A stretch of 63,342 nt of DNA, the filler included, from Octopus bimaculoides (lineage: Eukaryota): assembly GCF_001194135.2 (NCBI RefSeq). It is 5 parts of 5 records of this genome, joined end to end, with 100 filler letters (N's around TTAATTAATTAA, not from the genome) between each part and the next. Parts side by side here need not be neighbours in the genome. Positions count along the whole stretch, not along the records: positions 1 to 17,808 come from NC_069002.1; positions 17,909 to 35,758 come from NC_068998.1; 3 more parts are not named here. One strand, given 5' to 3'. How positions within the stretch are numbered: the first letter of the stretch is position 1; every line of letters begins with the position of its first letter. The notes beneath the pieces are model-generated. The model was not told the origin of the DNA. It was given only the letters and a program-made list of their open reading frames with translations, and made no database searches. Of this stretch, positions 13,363 through 27,903 are shown one piece after another. The translations under genes and the position numbers were made by a program.

Positions 13363-16120
13363 ACAAATATAAATGTATAAATGAAGATATGCATAGATAT
13401 ATGCTCGTATGTGTCTGTGTATGATATTTTGATTTGCTTTATTTTGAGAAAAACTGCAATATTTATTAGGCTTGCGTTGAAATCTCACACGGCGCCACAC
13501 ACGCAAGCACACAGACACACATACACACAGACACACAAACTGTCACACACACAAACACACACAGACACACACATAAGCACACAAATATATATACACACAT
13601 ATAGACACAAATGTATATACATAGGCATATGTTATATATTCTATATTCATTGGTGCATATATATGTGCGCGCGTATGTGTGTGTGTGTGTGTACCTTTTT
13701 CTATGTGCGCGTGCGCGTTTCTGCGGGTTTATAATTACATCTTAGAATAAATATACTCTGTGTTGTAGAAGAACACATCAGTGAGTACTAACCATCGTTT
13801 GTGTGCAAAGCCCAGACTAGAAATTTCCAGCACCATTTTCTTTTATCTGTTCCGCACATCAACACTTCATTACTACATAAACTTTAAGACAGGGAATGTA
13901 CCCTCTCTGTACAACCTACAAAACGAAAGTTTCTAAGTGGAGCAATAATGTGCAGATCCAGCCCAACCTGTCCTACTCACACTGAAACATGTATAAGTGA
14001 TACAGACACTAAAGGGACGATGCAACACAATATAGATCCGCACAAGCTAGAAGAAGCGGCACCGATATCGCGTAAGTGGAAGTGTATATGCAATGAGAAA
14101 TTTCTCTTGTCGAACTTTAACTTGTAATTACATGTGTGATTCACTGGTGCATATCAGAATAACAAAGCCAAGATATGTAACTTCAATAAATTGCATCAAA
14201 TTACTTGCAAGCACGTTTCAATGTCTTTAGCGTTTAATATTTATTTTTTACCTGATTTGGTAGTATAGAATATAAAACCCAAACTGTTATGGGACGCATC
14301 TTATATTTTTTGATTAAGCGCTTCAAGGCCGTGCGCAAGCATGGCTGCATTCCAATTACTGAAAATATTAACAAGAACAAAATACTTTATGACGACTTCT
14401 CTCATTCTTGATTTATCTCTTTTCCCAGTAAATCTATTATCAATGATGATGGCCAGAATATAACACCCTAAGTGGGCCACCAAGTACGCAGACGAAGACT
14501 AACGTTCTGGTAAACATAAACAATGAGGGCAGAGTGTGAAAATAACAGTCGATGCCTGGAAATGTGTTATAGAAAACTGTTGACTTAGCAGAACCTCCAC
14601 TTTCTTTTGTTTTACATTATATTTCTGAATGATATCAACTTTAAGTCTCACCATGGTACAAAACATTTTCCCTTCGTAGTTTTAGCTTTTCCATTGCATA
14701 ATTTGCATCCCGCCTTTTCCATTTACAATCAGATATAAAACACTGCAGCTTAAACATAAGTAAATAAGGTTATTTAGATTCCATACATGGCCTCTCCCTC
14801 TCTCTCTCCTTTTCTCTCTCCCTCTCTCTTTTTCATGGAGTGATTTACTATTTCTCTGCCACATGTAGGGGTTCTTTGTTCCAAATTCGGGCTATAAATT
14901 CTCATGAAGAATAAACAACCATGAATTCATTACAATATTCATTATCAAAGGTTACTTTCGGGTAAAGACAATTATTGTACATAATTCGTTTTGTTTAAAT
15001 AGTTGAAAAAAAGTGCAGAAATGTTGTTCTTAATTGTTTGTATAATTCGAGGTGTCTTAAATCACAAATCAAAATATAATCACAGCGTGTTGGCAGTATT
15101 TTGTCGAGTTTGTTTAGGGAACGTATGTGGTTGCAGAAATTAATGTGATGTCTGCGATAGCAAAAATTTAGGAATCGGTATAATTAATAGGTTTATAATT
15201 ATTCATTTACGTATATTGATCAAATTCACGTCCATATGCAAACAAACCATCCAACGGAAATTAAATACAAACATCAATGCGTAGCGAACGTGTGTGTGTG
15301 TGCCCTACACACACATGCAGACAAGGATAAACGCCCGTACCTAGGAACGAATGGACACAGCGATACACGCATGTACATACACGTGAAAACACTCTAACGG
15401 ACAAGGTATAGTGAAATGCGCAGAAGCAATTTCACACACATTGGGTTCTCCACACAAACAAACACACACACACAAACACACAAACACATACACACACTCA
15501 CACACATACATAATCCACCACAACTCGAATACGCAGATACATGCGCACGCAGGCATATATAGGCGCGAAAACACAAACGCACAACACATCCGAATTGCGT
15601 AGAAAAAAGTAAGCATACGTTGGAATCTCCACACACATACTCATTCACACGCCAACAAAACTCACACACACACACTCACACACACTCAGACATGCACACT
15701 CGAATCCATAAAACCAGCCTCATACACAGATGCATATATACGCCCTGCTGCGATAATTATGCAATATACTTCCAGGTTTGTTTGATTTATGAAAAAAGAG
15801 AAAAAATCTCTCCAACCGCCAACACCACTGCCACCTTCACTATCATGTACACCCTCGGCATGAAACTCACCCCGCCTACCCGTCAGTAACTAATGCTAAC
15901 AACATGCCAACAGTTATCAGCACCACTATCACGGCTATCATCATCCACATCATCATCATCATCATTATGACCACCATCGTCTTCTCTGATGATGTTGTCG
16001 TTGCTTGGTACATGTCGTTAACATCGTCACTAACACTGTCAACACAAAACCCGCCGGCATATTTAATACATTATCAGTCAAACTGTAAAGAACACAAGAA
16101 TGACCAAATTTACTGCTCGT

Positions 16121-16262
16121 ATTACTACTACTACTACTGCTGCTGCTACCACCACCACCACCACCACCATCACCACTACCACTACCACCACCACCACTAC
16201 AAAAACCATCACTACTACTACTACTACTAATACTACTACTACTACTGCTACTACTACTACAG
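16121..16262. repeat. (ACT)n/(ACC)n microsatellite
   Basis: Direct reading; explains the poly-Thr/Tyr/His ORFs. Confidence 0.95.
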
Positions 16263-17769
16263 CCACTGCTGCGCTGTGGCTGCTACCACTACAAAAGCCA
16301 CCACAATCTGGACAACTGCCGTCATGCTACAATCTTTACAACACTACCACCAACACATGTACTGCCGCCGCAACTGTCTATTATGAAGATAGGTATCGAC
16401 TCCGGCGGCACCACCTAAACAAAGCCATCAGGATCAATACAACAAAACAATTCACTGTTATCTCTATATTTCTTGTAGAATTACAAGCCATCACTGCGTT
16501 AGGATGTTTCGTAAACAATTACGTATATGAAAATGTAATCGAAAATAAAGAAAATATGTAGTAAGTGTCTATGCATATTTCAAGGCTTATTGTCCTTTCG
16601 TCAGTACCACATCTAAGCCATGAACTTTCTTGGAACTCATTGCTTAACTATTCACTATGTTTTAACGTTGAAAATCTATCGGAAAGACCACTTTACGTAT
16701 TAACACATTATTTATAAATGGTATGTATATTTTCCTGGTCTCTCCAATTATATTACACCGCTAAAAGTGTGTTCGTGGAAAGATGGTGGGTTATTGATGC
16801 ATTGTATAAGTGTTCACGTGCATGTTTTTTATTCATAATTTATATAGATGCTCGTAAATGTTCTTGAGGCACTAAACTAGCAAGGGAATTGACATCAGTT
16901 CATAGGAAGGATTTCCAACAAAATATCCAGTTTCTGAATGGCTTAACCAGACAGAATATTTACAACGAAGTTTATATTTACCATGTTCACGCAAAGTTTC
17001 ACATTTGCACTGTAATAAACTGTAAAACTTGCCACAGCCAACCGTACAATCATCAACAATACTGAGCTATGATTTCGTTGACAACAACTGAGCTCTCTAC
17101 CAGTAAGTTTTAAATATCTGCTTACATAGTGCAGCAGCTTTTATTTATAATTCAGAAGAAAGCAGAGGTTTTGCTTGTCTATAGACACTTTTAAAGAAAT
17201 AGCGGTTAAAAGAAAAACATAAAGTTCGGTGAGATTTTAAAATTCAATGGAATTTCTAACTATAACAAAGGAGAGAATTCCTGCCAACAATGCATTGTCT
17301 AAACCACATGAGCGGCTACAAAACGCACATTATCGTTTCAACAAGATAATTACTATTGGAGAATAGAAAAGAGAGACGCATAACATATGATGATGAAAAC
17401 CACGGCCGCTCCATTTCACAGACTTATCTTACATATGTTTAGACATGTTTTAACATTATACCACACTTTGTATTTCTGAAACAAATTCTTAACACATATA
17501 TTTACTATTATCACTAGAACACATAGTGCATCGCCTTTTGTTCATATAGTTATCTGCACACACAGACACACTCACTCATACTCACACCTATGTATGTAAG
17601 TATATACATATATATGTGTGTGTATGTGTGTCTATATATGTATATATATGTATATATATACATATATAAGTATATATATGTATATATATTTATATATATA
17701 TACATTTTTAGTAATGCATATATATGTACACGCACACATACATATATTTATACACACGCACACTCGGAA

Positions 17770-17808
<39 letters not shown>

Positions 17809-17908
17809 NNNNNNNNNNNNNNNNNNNNNNNNNNNNNNNNNNNNNNNNNNNNTTAATTAATTAANNNNNNNNNNNNNNNNNNNNNNNNNNNNNNNNNNNN
17901 NNNNNNNN
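17809..17908. other. Artificial assembly spacer (44 N + TTAATTAATTAA + 44 N)
   Basis: Exactly 100 bp. The 12-mer gives TAA stops in all six frames. Identical structure occurs at three other sites. Confidence 0.95.
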
Positions 17909-18249
17909 ATATTCTTATTAGAGAATGCATAAAAAGCAAACGAGAAATAATAGTATAAGCGAAGAAAATAATGGAGTTTGGGAGTGGTACAGTTTTTTAG
18001 AAGTGAAAATGCATATAAAAGGAGAAATACATATATATATACATACATACAAATATGCATTCTCTAATAAGAATATTGTACTACACCTACTAATAACTAA
18101 TTCTGTTATAAGTATGTACATGCATATATGCATGCATGTGTGTATGCATACGTATGTGTGTATGTATGTATGTATGTATGTATGTATGTATGGGTGTGTA
18201 TGTATATATGTAAATGTATATATATATTTATATATGCATAAATTAGCCC

Positions 18250-18420
18250 TATGAACTTCTTGGACTATCTTATAAAATTCTCTGAAGAAGTCTAGAGGTA
18301 TTTTTGCCAATATAGTGGACACTTTGTTCATAAATATTGTGGTATATGTTTGTAGGCAAAATGTGTGTGGTAAAGGAAATCCATGGGATTGACATAGCAA
18401 AGAAGAAGGATTTGGAAAAT
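18250..18420 (-). mobile_element. Possible highly degenerate PLE GIY-YIG fragment
   Basis: With frameshifts reads NIYH...TKCPLY/YIGKNTSRLLQR; weak motif match only. Confidence 0.3.
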
Positions 18421-19250
18421 GCGCTGGATCTGGTCAGTGAGAGGTGGTGGTGGTGGTAGTGGTGGGTGGGAGATTCAGAGGGTAAGAGACATATGTAACA
18501 GGTTAAGTGGACATTGAATTTTATAGAGTTCTGAGGAAAAGAAACCATTATTGTCATACTAGGCTGCAGATTGAAGACAGAGTCTTTGTAAATCTGCTTG
18601 ATATCCTTCTTTAATGACATGATGACAAAGATTTGATGTTGTAGCAGAGCATCATATATGAGAGTACTATCAGCCTCTGTTCTTCTTGAATTTTTATGGA
18701 CTAGTCAGAGGAGGAAAGGCAAACTTATAACTAAAGGCAGAACCTCCAAGAATAGGGGGATGGAGGGAAGATGTTATCCTCAGACTGGAGATTTAGCCCA
18801 AAACTTACCTCAAAATGAACTCTGTTTAAATTACCCTAAGACCAGGTGGGGGTGCTAAACTGTGTGACAAATGAAATCAACTACCCCAAGAACAGGAATG
18901 TGGTACCTCCACATAGTTTCTATTTACTAAATTTCATTCACAAGGTTTTGGCCAACAAAGACCAACATAGAAGCAAATTTATTACCTACACAACTATGAC
19001 TACATTTATATGGTGAGTGAGTATTTATTACACACCCCCGTGGCATCTTATACATGTATGTTGATTTTCTGTATTTTATGATGTTTTAACCACTTCAACA
19101 TGATGGAATATTGATAAATACAGTGTATATAAGTAAGAAAAAGCTTGTGTATATATTAGTGAGTAGATGAACATCATTGTCGTCATCACTGTCATTGTTA
19201 TTAACTTCCTCCTCCTCCTCATTATCATCCCCATCATCATACGTGCGTGC

Positions 19251-19286
<36 letters not shown>

Positions 19287-22200
19287 TACTGCACATTATG
19301 TCAGTTTATTTAGTAGTTGGAAAATAGAACCAAATCATCTGGCAATATTTTCCAGCAATCTGTCCAACAGTAGATATCTTTTTCCTCTTCTTCATGATAT
19401 GAAACAGAGTTAAGTCTATTGAAGCCTAGGAGACTTCTACATTTTTACATCGTTCTATCAGTGATAGATGAATAAGTCAGATGAGAATTAAATACCTTGT
19501 CCGTGGGCATCTTGCAATGTCAGTGACTATTTACAAACCACTAAACATTTGACAGGATATACAGCAATCTATCAATTCAGAAACACCAGTTCTTAAGCTA
19601 CTTTATTCTATCTGATAAATAGTCAATGTATTGCAAAATCATTTTTTTTTTTTTTTGCCAAATTTCTCACTGCATTACTTGCAATATCAAAATGGCTTTA
19701 ATTCTTTATAATTATTGCTGAACATTTCAGAATGTCTTTGAGGCACTTTCACAAGAATTTATTCATAGTCAATTTCGTTGAAGTGATGATAAAATTTGCT
19801 TGAATAGACATATGAACACACACCCATGTGCACATTAAACACACAGACTGCATCATAGATCATTGTAATATGGTGATCACATATTTGAAAATGAATAATT
19901 CTTTATTTGTGACTATGTAAATATAGTACATATATACTCACCGGTTGTTGACTGGAGTTTAATAAAAATTGGTGCAAGTTCTTTCACAGAGATGCACTGG
20001 GTTCATAGAAAATTCATTCTAAGTGAAGTTGATTCAGTTCATCAAATTGTAAATTGATACTAAGTGTACATAAATTTACACCACTTACTATGTAGAGAAC
20101 CTTGAATAATTAGCAAGTTAATTTACAATGTTATGAGTGCCTTAAGAGCTATTGAAGAACTACTAAATAGATTTGCTCTTCTTTACTTCACTAACTGAAT
20201 CTAGACTTCCTTCATTATCTTGGTGCACTTGAAACTATTGAGGAATAAATTGCTCACTTGGGAATAATTATTTTCTACCATCTATATACATGCTTCACTA
20301 GGTCAGAATAGTATCAATTAAACATCACTAGTCTTCTTGATTAAAATTATGGATTGTAAATCCATTTGTGCAATGAAACATGAGGGATTTCACATTCTCA
20401 CTTTACACTTTAACCTTAGCTTCAATACTTACAAAATTGGTATATTACTTAACAAGACCTTTACACCTCTTTGTCACCAAATGATTTGTGGTATCAACTA
20501 AACTGTTATCTCTCTTTGCCAATTCATTTTACTTAGTGCTAAGGATATATTCATTCTTAATTCCATCTATGAAGATTGCTGTATCACAGTAAATTCACTA
20601 TTAGTTTTGCTTAGCTATGATGGGAATAGAATGAGTGAAAAAATGAACTATGTTATAAATGCTTCCATCATGATGCACATTAATATGTGAAATTGATCTC
20701 AACTGAGTAAGTTAATGAAACTAATAATAAAATGATTTGGCCTACTATATGAAACAACATGCTGTCACACACCTGTCAAATTAAAAATTGTCTGTGATTT
20801 GTATTTCATGCAAGGTTGGAAACCAATAGCATGTATTGTGAAGAAACCCTAAATAATTATACCTAAATATCAAAACATTTTTTTTACTTGCATTGTAAAC
20901 TAGAATTTAAAAGATACATTTTTCTAGAACTACGATGAACAGATTTGAGGATAATGCAGATTTGAGGATAGTACTATTCCATGCAGAAGTTCATGTTACA
21001 GCTCATTACTGTGAGATTCCTCTACTGCTTTAACCATTGGTACTTGTAAGTTCAATTTTGGTTCTTTTCTGTATTCAAAGTCAGCATTCTCCACTGTTGT
21101 TGGTAACCATGAGTGACAAACTAATTGAGAAAGGATTTTCTTCATTTTGCGAACAAGATTCCCAAGAATTTTTAGTTATCAAATAACCAAAACCAAAGTT
21201 CAGTAAACTGCATGAATTTTTTAACCAGATTTTCTTCCATGCATGTTTTGATAATATTTAATTACTTTACAATCTCTTAATGCCTAGATGATTGCTACTG
21301 ATGAGTTTATGATAAACTTTATGAAGTTTGATAGGGCAAGCAGGAAACAGTCATTAATAGAAAAAATGTTCAGTTTTTAAGCATATGAGAATGTGTTCAA
21401 AATTCAACAAGTAAATCCAGAGTGCTGAAATCACTATAATCATGATATTGCTTCAAGTTAGTTGTTGAAAGTCTCCATACGGTGGTGCACCAGCATGACC
21501 GCAGCCACTTGGCTGAAACACATAAATAAAATACTCCAATCCTAATACTTTTGCTCAGAGTCTGGAAAACATGCCCTATAGTTTTAAAATATTCTTGAAA
21601 TGATTAGTTGAATACAGAAACTGTTTTTGAGTCTTGGCCAGAAGATTGTAAAGAAACTCTGCTCGTTTCAAAAGGTAATTTTTTTATCAATATAACCATT
21701 ATTTCTGTTTCCAAACTCATCATTGTTGAAAGTAGTCCACACTTGTGCAGTCAACACTTTCTCTTTTGATCAGTGTCTTTTGAAACATCATCCAAAATGT
21801 ATTGTAGTACAGTTGTGTAAAAGGCTCTTGTTGTTTCGGCAAAAAGTGACCAACTAACATCTGGCATTCTTTTACAACTGGCAAATGAGTACCACCATAA
21901 GGTAATGCAACAGAAGTCCTACCAATAGGTAGAAGCAAAAAACAACTGTACAGATTTGTACAAATTCAAAGAAAATTAAGGTTTTTGTGATAAAATTTTT
22001 GCAGCACATTTTCCAACCAAATTTAGACAAGATGCAAACAGCGGAATGTAATCTGCAAACTCATTCAACTCAAGCTTATAAACCACTATACTATCATTAA
22101 TGCTACTGGTATTGTTGTAACTTTGATCATGGCAGTCTTTTATTGAAACGTTGCCTTTAAAAAGTTAACTAAATATTGAGCAAGCAATTCAGAACTATGG

Positions 22201-25200
22201 ATATATTCTAAGACTTCACAAATCATTCAGTTTGCCTAAATTACAAGAACACAGTACACAGTTGAAGTCATCTGGTCCACATTAAATGCATTCAAAGTAG
22301 AATCCTTAGAGAGAAAATAATTCTGGTATTTCTTCATTTCATAAATCCAGTATGCTGAGTCCAATTGAATTGATGAATTCCTTACATGCTGATATAGATA
22401 GGTAGGAATTATAGCTCCAATATTTGTTTGCATGAGTATTTTAAATATTTTGTCAGAAGAGGGTCAAACTTGGTTGGTAATTCTTCTCCTTAGATTAATA
22501 TTGTCTTTAATGGGAAAACCAACAATTTAACACTTGATTTTCTCCACCAAAATGAAAAGATTTTTTATGTGAAATACTTTCTTCATGTTTACTCAATAGA
22601 TTGCTTACATTTTTCTAGTTATAAAATTCTCGGAGTCATAAACTTATAAAGAAAACAGAATGGGCCTCATTTGCTTTCTGAGAAATTTTACAATTGCTTA
22701 ACATTTAAATTATTTTTGGAAACATTGACTTGTCAGATGTATATTCAAATGGACAGTTGAAATATTATTATTACTAAAACACTAACGACATACTTGAAGG
22801 ATTAATGTATTCAGCTCAGCCTGTTTGGAGTGGGAAGGGAGAGAAATCAAAATGAATACAAGGGTCTCATTATTTATCCTTTAACTTAAAGCTATTTACC
22901 TTATAGCTGACATGGTTGAGTGATTTAGAAGTGCAGCCCTGGAGGATGAAGGCACAGACACGATAGATTAAGGTAGTTTTCTATTCTTAACCATGCATTC
23001 CACCCTTATGAAAACCTAAGTGATATATCTCTCGGAGATATAGAAATGTAGGATATGTGTGAACAGCAATCTGAGGTGGAATGACCTTCATTAATAAAAA
23101 TCTAATAACTGCCAGCACTATTGTTACAAAAAAATTTACAGTGTCTGCCTTTAAATTCATGCGAACAACTTTTAAAACAAATGTTTGAAGACAAAATTTA
23201 CCCAGCAAGTGAATTTGAATGGATGAGCACTTTCTTTACAAATTCTGATTTTGTTTCAAACCAAACCTAAAAACATGTAAATTCTACAACCATTACATGA
23301 GTTCACTAATATATAGCAGTGTTATTTAAGCAACTAAGCTGTATAGTTAAATATTCTCTCCTGATACACAACCCTCATATAATATAAATTTTGGTGCTTT
23401 CATGTTGAAAATCTAACTATATTAATTAAAAATTGTTATTTGTGCAATATTTTTTCACAACATCATAAGACTAAAGTAGAAACTGTTCAAAATAAAACGT
23501 TTTCTTGCCTATTTAAAAGTCCTGATTTGATTTTATGGCTATAATTAGCATTATGGTGTATGTAATATTAGTTATAATCTAATCTTAATATCCTGATCTT
23601 AATTATGAGAAAAATAATTATCAAACTCAATTATTGTGTGATGAGTTCAATGTATTGAAACAAAGGAATAGAATGGCAAGTCTGTTAATTAGCATCCAAC
23701 AAGCCTATTAATTAGCAACCAACAAAAATTAGATAACGAAGCCCAATGAATGTTGTCATTCCAATTGCAATTATTATTATGATTATTTAACTGAGAGTGT
23801 GATAGATCTGAGAATTATTCCAAGTATTGGATCAACCTTAAATACCTATTCATCCATAGAACATGTGCAAAACCACTGAATCAGAAATACTGTTTTACAA
23901 GTATATGACCCTTGAAAATACAAAGTGAACAACAAATGTTATTCTTTCTCCTAGGTTAGTCTGGCTCTGATTGGACGGTCATCAGAAAAGTTGATACTTC
24001 TACAAAATTTAGGTTTTTTTAAATATTTTTATTTTGTTGTCAGATGATTAAAATATAGTTTTAAAGGTGTTTTCCTATATGTATGTATGTATGTTTGTGT
24101 GCATGTAAGCAGTTGTATATGTTTAAAACAACTTTTATTATGTAAAGAATTTCTAAACCTCTTTATATGCAGAAAATAGTTGTAATGCACAACTATTTCT
24201 CTTGGACCTCATATAAACACATAAGATGATGTTTGCAGCATTCTTTCAGTTTTCTGCTGTAAACTTTCATCTTCACTAAAAACAAACTAAAAGCTCCTGA
24301 TTTCTTGCTTGGTTTTCATTTTCAGATTTTGATTGGAAATATTTTTCTTGAATGTGTGTGTTGTTGTTTGTGTGTGAACTTGTATGCACTCACAAATATT
24401 TCAATTTTTTTGATCAATTTTGTATTTTCATAAGATCTCTTTACTGTTTCTTTGAGAGCTTGCTATTCATTACACCCGACAGCTTTAGGTAGGGATTAGG
24501 TCGCTATTCAATCTTTTATTCTAAGTAGACCTGATAGACTTTCTGTAAGAAACATAGACAAAACATCCAACAGATGCATTCTATGTTTTCTCAGAGACTT
24601 CTGAAGTTTTTGATTTTTTTCACTTTATTTTCGTAATATTTCACTATTTGCTTTCTTTCTTTTAAAAATACAGAAAATGTAACAGAAAATGAAAGCTTTT
24701 TTTTCTTTTTTGGTAATAAATCAATCTTAAATTGATAGATTGGCCACTGCCTCCATTTGAAAGTATCAAGTTCAGCCTGACTATCAACTTACCTAAGACA
24801 AATGAGAGCGAAATCTCATTATGACAGAACTAACAGTAACAGTAGTTTTGTTAGCTTCACTGTTATTGAAGTAAATTGATGAACATCAATCTTTTGAAGT
24901 ATACTGAATAGGATTATATCCTTACAAGAAACAGCCTTTGAATCAAGTAAAAGAAAATATTTAATTTAAGATAATAGGACACATTGTTAAAATCATGTTT
25001 TTTAAATTGTATTCCTACAAGAATAGGATGAACTCTCTGGAATAAGAAATGGTGAGGTTCATTCAAGTTTGTTAAATTACTTATCAATGTCAAGGAAAAA
25101 AAAATACAAGAGAAAACATACTGCAGTACACAACATACAGAATTTCTTACCAGATTTTGTGTTCAATTCTTAATAGCATTGACTTGAAATTTCGTTCCTT

Positions 25201-26245
25201 CTCATTTGGTGTAATAAATACTGGTAATATATTCAGGTTGATTCAAATAACTAGGTTTGTACTGAGGTCAAACCTCCTAAATGAAATCAATATTAGGCCT
25301 AAGACATTCAAGCTAGAGCTTCAGAAATTAAGACACAAAAATTGCTATGACCGCATAAGAGGATAGAAGTGGGATGTAAGCATTAAATTCGTCATGAGAT
25401 AGAATAACCAGAAATATATGGAAAGGCACATTCCATTATAAATGTTGTAGAAACAGTTAAAGGAAATGTAATGAAGAACTTTAATGCCAAGGAATGATTA
25501 TGAATCAACTGGATGAATTTCTTCTAAATTTGTTATAAAAAAAAAATGCCTGCCATCCCATATATGGAATTTAGAAGCAGGAAATGTAGTGGAACATATA
25601 TGGAGCAAACTGTACATTTTGTTTCACGTTTCTGGTTGCATCTTCAATAATGGTGAAGTTATAGAATTCTTTAGCTATTATTATTAAAGAGAAATTTTTG
25701 TGTGTGCATCAAAAATAATCTCATTGAAACTAAAATGTACCACAGGGCTGCCAATCACTCTCTCATTCTGGCTGCATTAAAGAAATGTGGGATAAATTTA
25801 TTGCTAGATAAGAATTGAGATTATCATCAGTAGATTTCTCAATGAATTTAATGAATCGCAGCAACCAAGGCATTATTCTGTGACTATTGAGTACATTTGT
25901 GATCTACATCTCTAAACTGTAATAACTCAGAGTTAAGTGGATTTACCAAGTGAGAGTAAAGTGTTTTACCAGTGACAAGATGCTGGCCAACCATCTTCAG
26001 TTGGTTGTTCAGTCCCATATTCACACAGATTTCAAGTGTAACATAGAGATCTTTTTTTTTTATGAGAGAATTCTTTTGAATTCTGGTACTGCTTATGCTA
26101 CTAAAGTTTTTAAAACAATAATTTTTTCCTTTGAGTATCACTCAATATCACCAGACATAGTTATTAATACTAGTGGATGCAATTAAGTTCATCATTAGAA
26201 GAGATGGTTTCCTGGTGGAAATTGTGATATTGGTATTAAACAATA

Positions 26246-27192
26246 CGTGGTGGTATCAAAAGGTTACCAAATTAGTTTTGTTTAATAAAAGATAACTTAG
26301 AAAATTACTATTTTCAAATCTCACAAGGTGAGATATTCAGCAACAGTACTTTGTAGTAAAGATTGTTTGCCAACATAACATGGCAGTTCCGGTCTAGGAC
26401 GAATGTTGCTGTAATTTAGCCCCTGGAGACATTGTCTCCAGCTGGCTATATGACACGATCTGTGTCCTTACATTTTCGAATGAGGGAATCTAGCACCCCG
26501 ACTCAGCTCAAAACAATATCTGTGTATCATGATTTCCAGGTTATTTTCCTTCATCAGCACAGAATAGTTGTTCGGCTAGAGGTTAATTCTTAATTACAGG
26601 CACAAGGCCTAACACAGAGGGGACATATACAGACATGCGGAAACAAAAAACACATGAAAGGATGAATTAAATTACAATGAAATGAAATGGCCATCTCGCT
26701 CCTGATCCAAGATGAAACTGTTGAATTCCCTTTAAACCTTACATTTTAAATAACTCTCAATGGATGATCTGGCCCTGGGGGATGAATTCTCAATGTACAA
26801 TAGCACATTTCCTGAGGTGATGCTCGTGGCAGGTCTTTCAGATCACTCATTGTCTTCCAGGGACTTTCTTCTGCTTTTGAAGGCCTGTGCCACTCAACAC
26901 ATTGTGTACAGCCCATTGCCTCATATTCGAAGCTTGCCAAGGCATGGTCAATGTTTCTATAGCAGACTTCGCAAGTTTAACACAAAATTTCACGTTGACT
27001 CTTTGTTCCTGTCCATGACAAAATTGCTTAATACAGCATACATGTCATCACAAAAGCACAAATTTCACAACTTGCAAAGTAAACATAGCAATATCACTTG
27101 GCACACCGTCTTATGAAGGTCAGTGCTAGCTCTCGCTGTGCATGCAACCGTGTGCTGCCATCTGTAGGTGGGAACTTTTTGATACCACCTGG
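26246..27192 (-). mobile_element. Internally deleted mariner relic
   Basis: Imperfect TIRs cgtggtggtatcaaaaggttacc / gggaactttttgataccacctgg (19/23) with TA flanks. Minus strand about 27016-26770 reads, with frameshifts, EQRVNVKFCVKLAKSAIETLTM...YEAMGCTQCVEWHR...KSLEDNE*SERPATS (mariner N-terminal HTH). Catalytic domain absent. Confidence 0.75.
26519..26563 (-). ncRNA. Putative minimal type I hammerhead ribozyme
   Basis: UCUGUG-CUGAUGA-aggaaaauaaccug-GAAA-UCAUGA-UA-CACAGA: perfect 6-bp stem I, self-complementary stem III (AUCAUGAU), AUA cleavage triplet; stem II imperfect (AGG/CCU with an extra G). Confidence 0.55.
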
Positions 27193-27853
27193 TATTTGTA
27201 AGTCTAATGCATGCAGCAAACAGAGACCTGTGTTGCACATATGGAAATGTGTATCAAACAACTTAATTGTTCACATGCTCATAGTTATAGAGTGTACAGA
27301 AAATCTGTCCTTTGGTATTTACTAATATATTTATAGGACCTCTGCATGCATATTTCTCAAGGAAACAAGTTAATTTGAGTCAAAGTTCTGGTAATTCAAT
27401 TTAAAATACTTTTATTCTTCTGCTTAAATTCCTGACACTGGAATAGGACTACATCTTTCAAGAGTGAGTGTTGATTGTATCACCTTTTAAGCATCAGTTG
27501 TACTTTATCAACGCTCAGAATTCAAAAAGTGGAGGGATAGAAAAAGATACTAAAAAGCATATACTTTGTTCTGGTAGGCCCATGATGTTGATGATTATTT
27601 TGGTGGTCTATCTAATGATACAAGCTATTAGAAATGATTTATATTATGGGATATCTTTATAATTGTGATATAATTTTGAATCAATGACAGTAATGACAGT
27701 AATGAACTCCACTACTTTACTATTAGAGAAGAATTATTTATTATCAATGATTTTGGTTTCTAATGTCCCTGATTTATTATACGCTGTTCTTAGAATTTTT
27801 AATTGCTTATATTGACCTTTCTCCAGTTTTATGGTTAGTTATTGGCCAGATAA

Positions 27854-27903
<50 letters not shown>

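Noticed and set aside
13892-14071. Open frame ending at a gc|gtaagt donor
   Set aside because: Weak acceptor and no recognisable protein motif.
14289-14411. 40-codon ORF MGRILYFLIKRFKAVRKHGCIPITENINKNKILYDDFSHS
   Set aside because: No recognisable homology or supporting signals; ORFs this short arise by chance.
1112-17860. Many long ORFs of poly-V/T/Y/I/H/X in the ORF track
   Set aside because: They are translations of (GTA)n, (TA)n, (CA)n, (ACT)n tracts and N gaps, with no protein signal.
20180-20600. Possible very old Gypsy RT remnants on the minus strand (LKLRLKCK, QFIP)
   Set aside because: Too degenerate to distinguish from chance by eye.
25780-26100. Minus-strand RIMPWLLRFIK resembling BEL/Pao pol
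   Set aside because: A single short motif amid stops and frameshifts; not enough to call.
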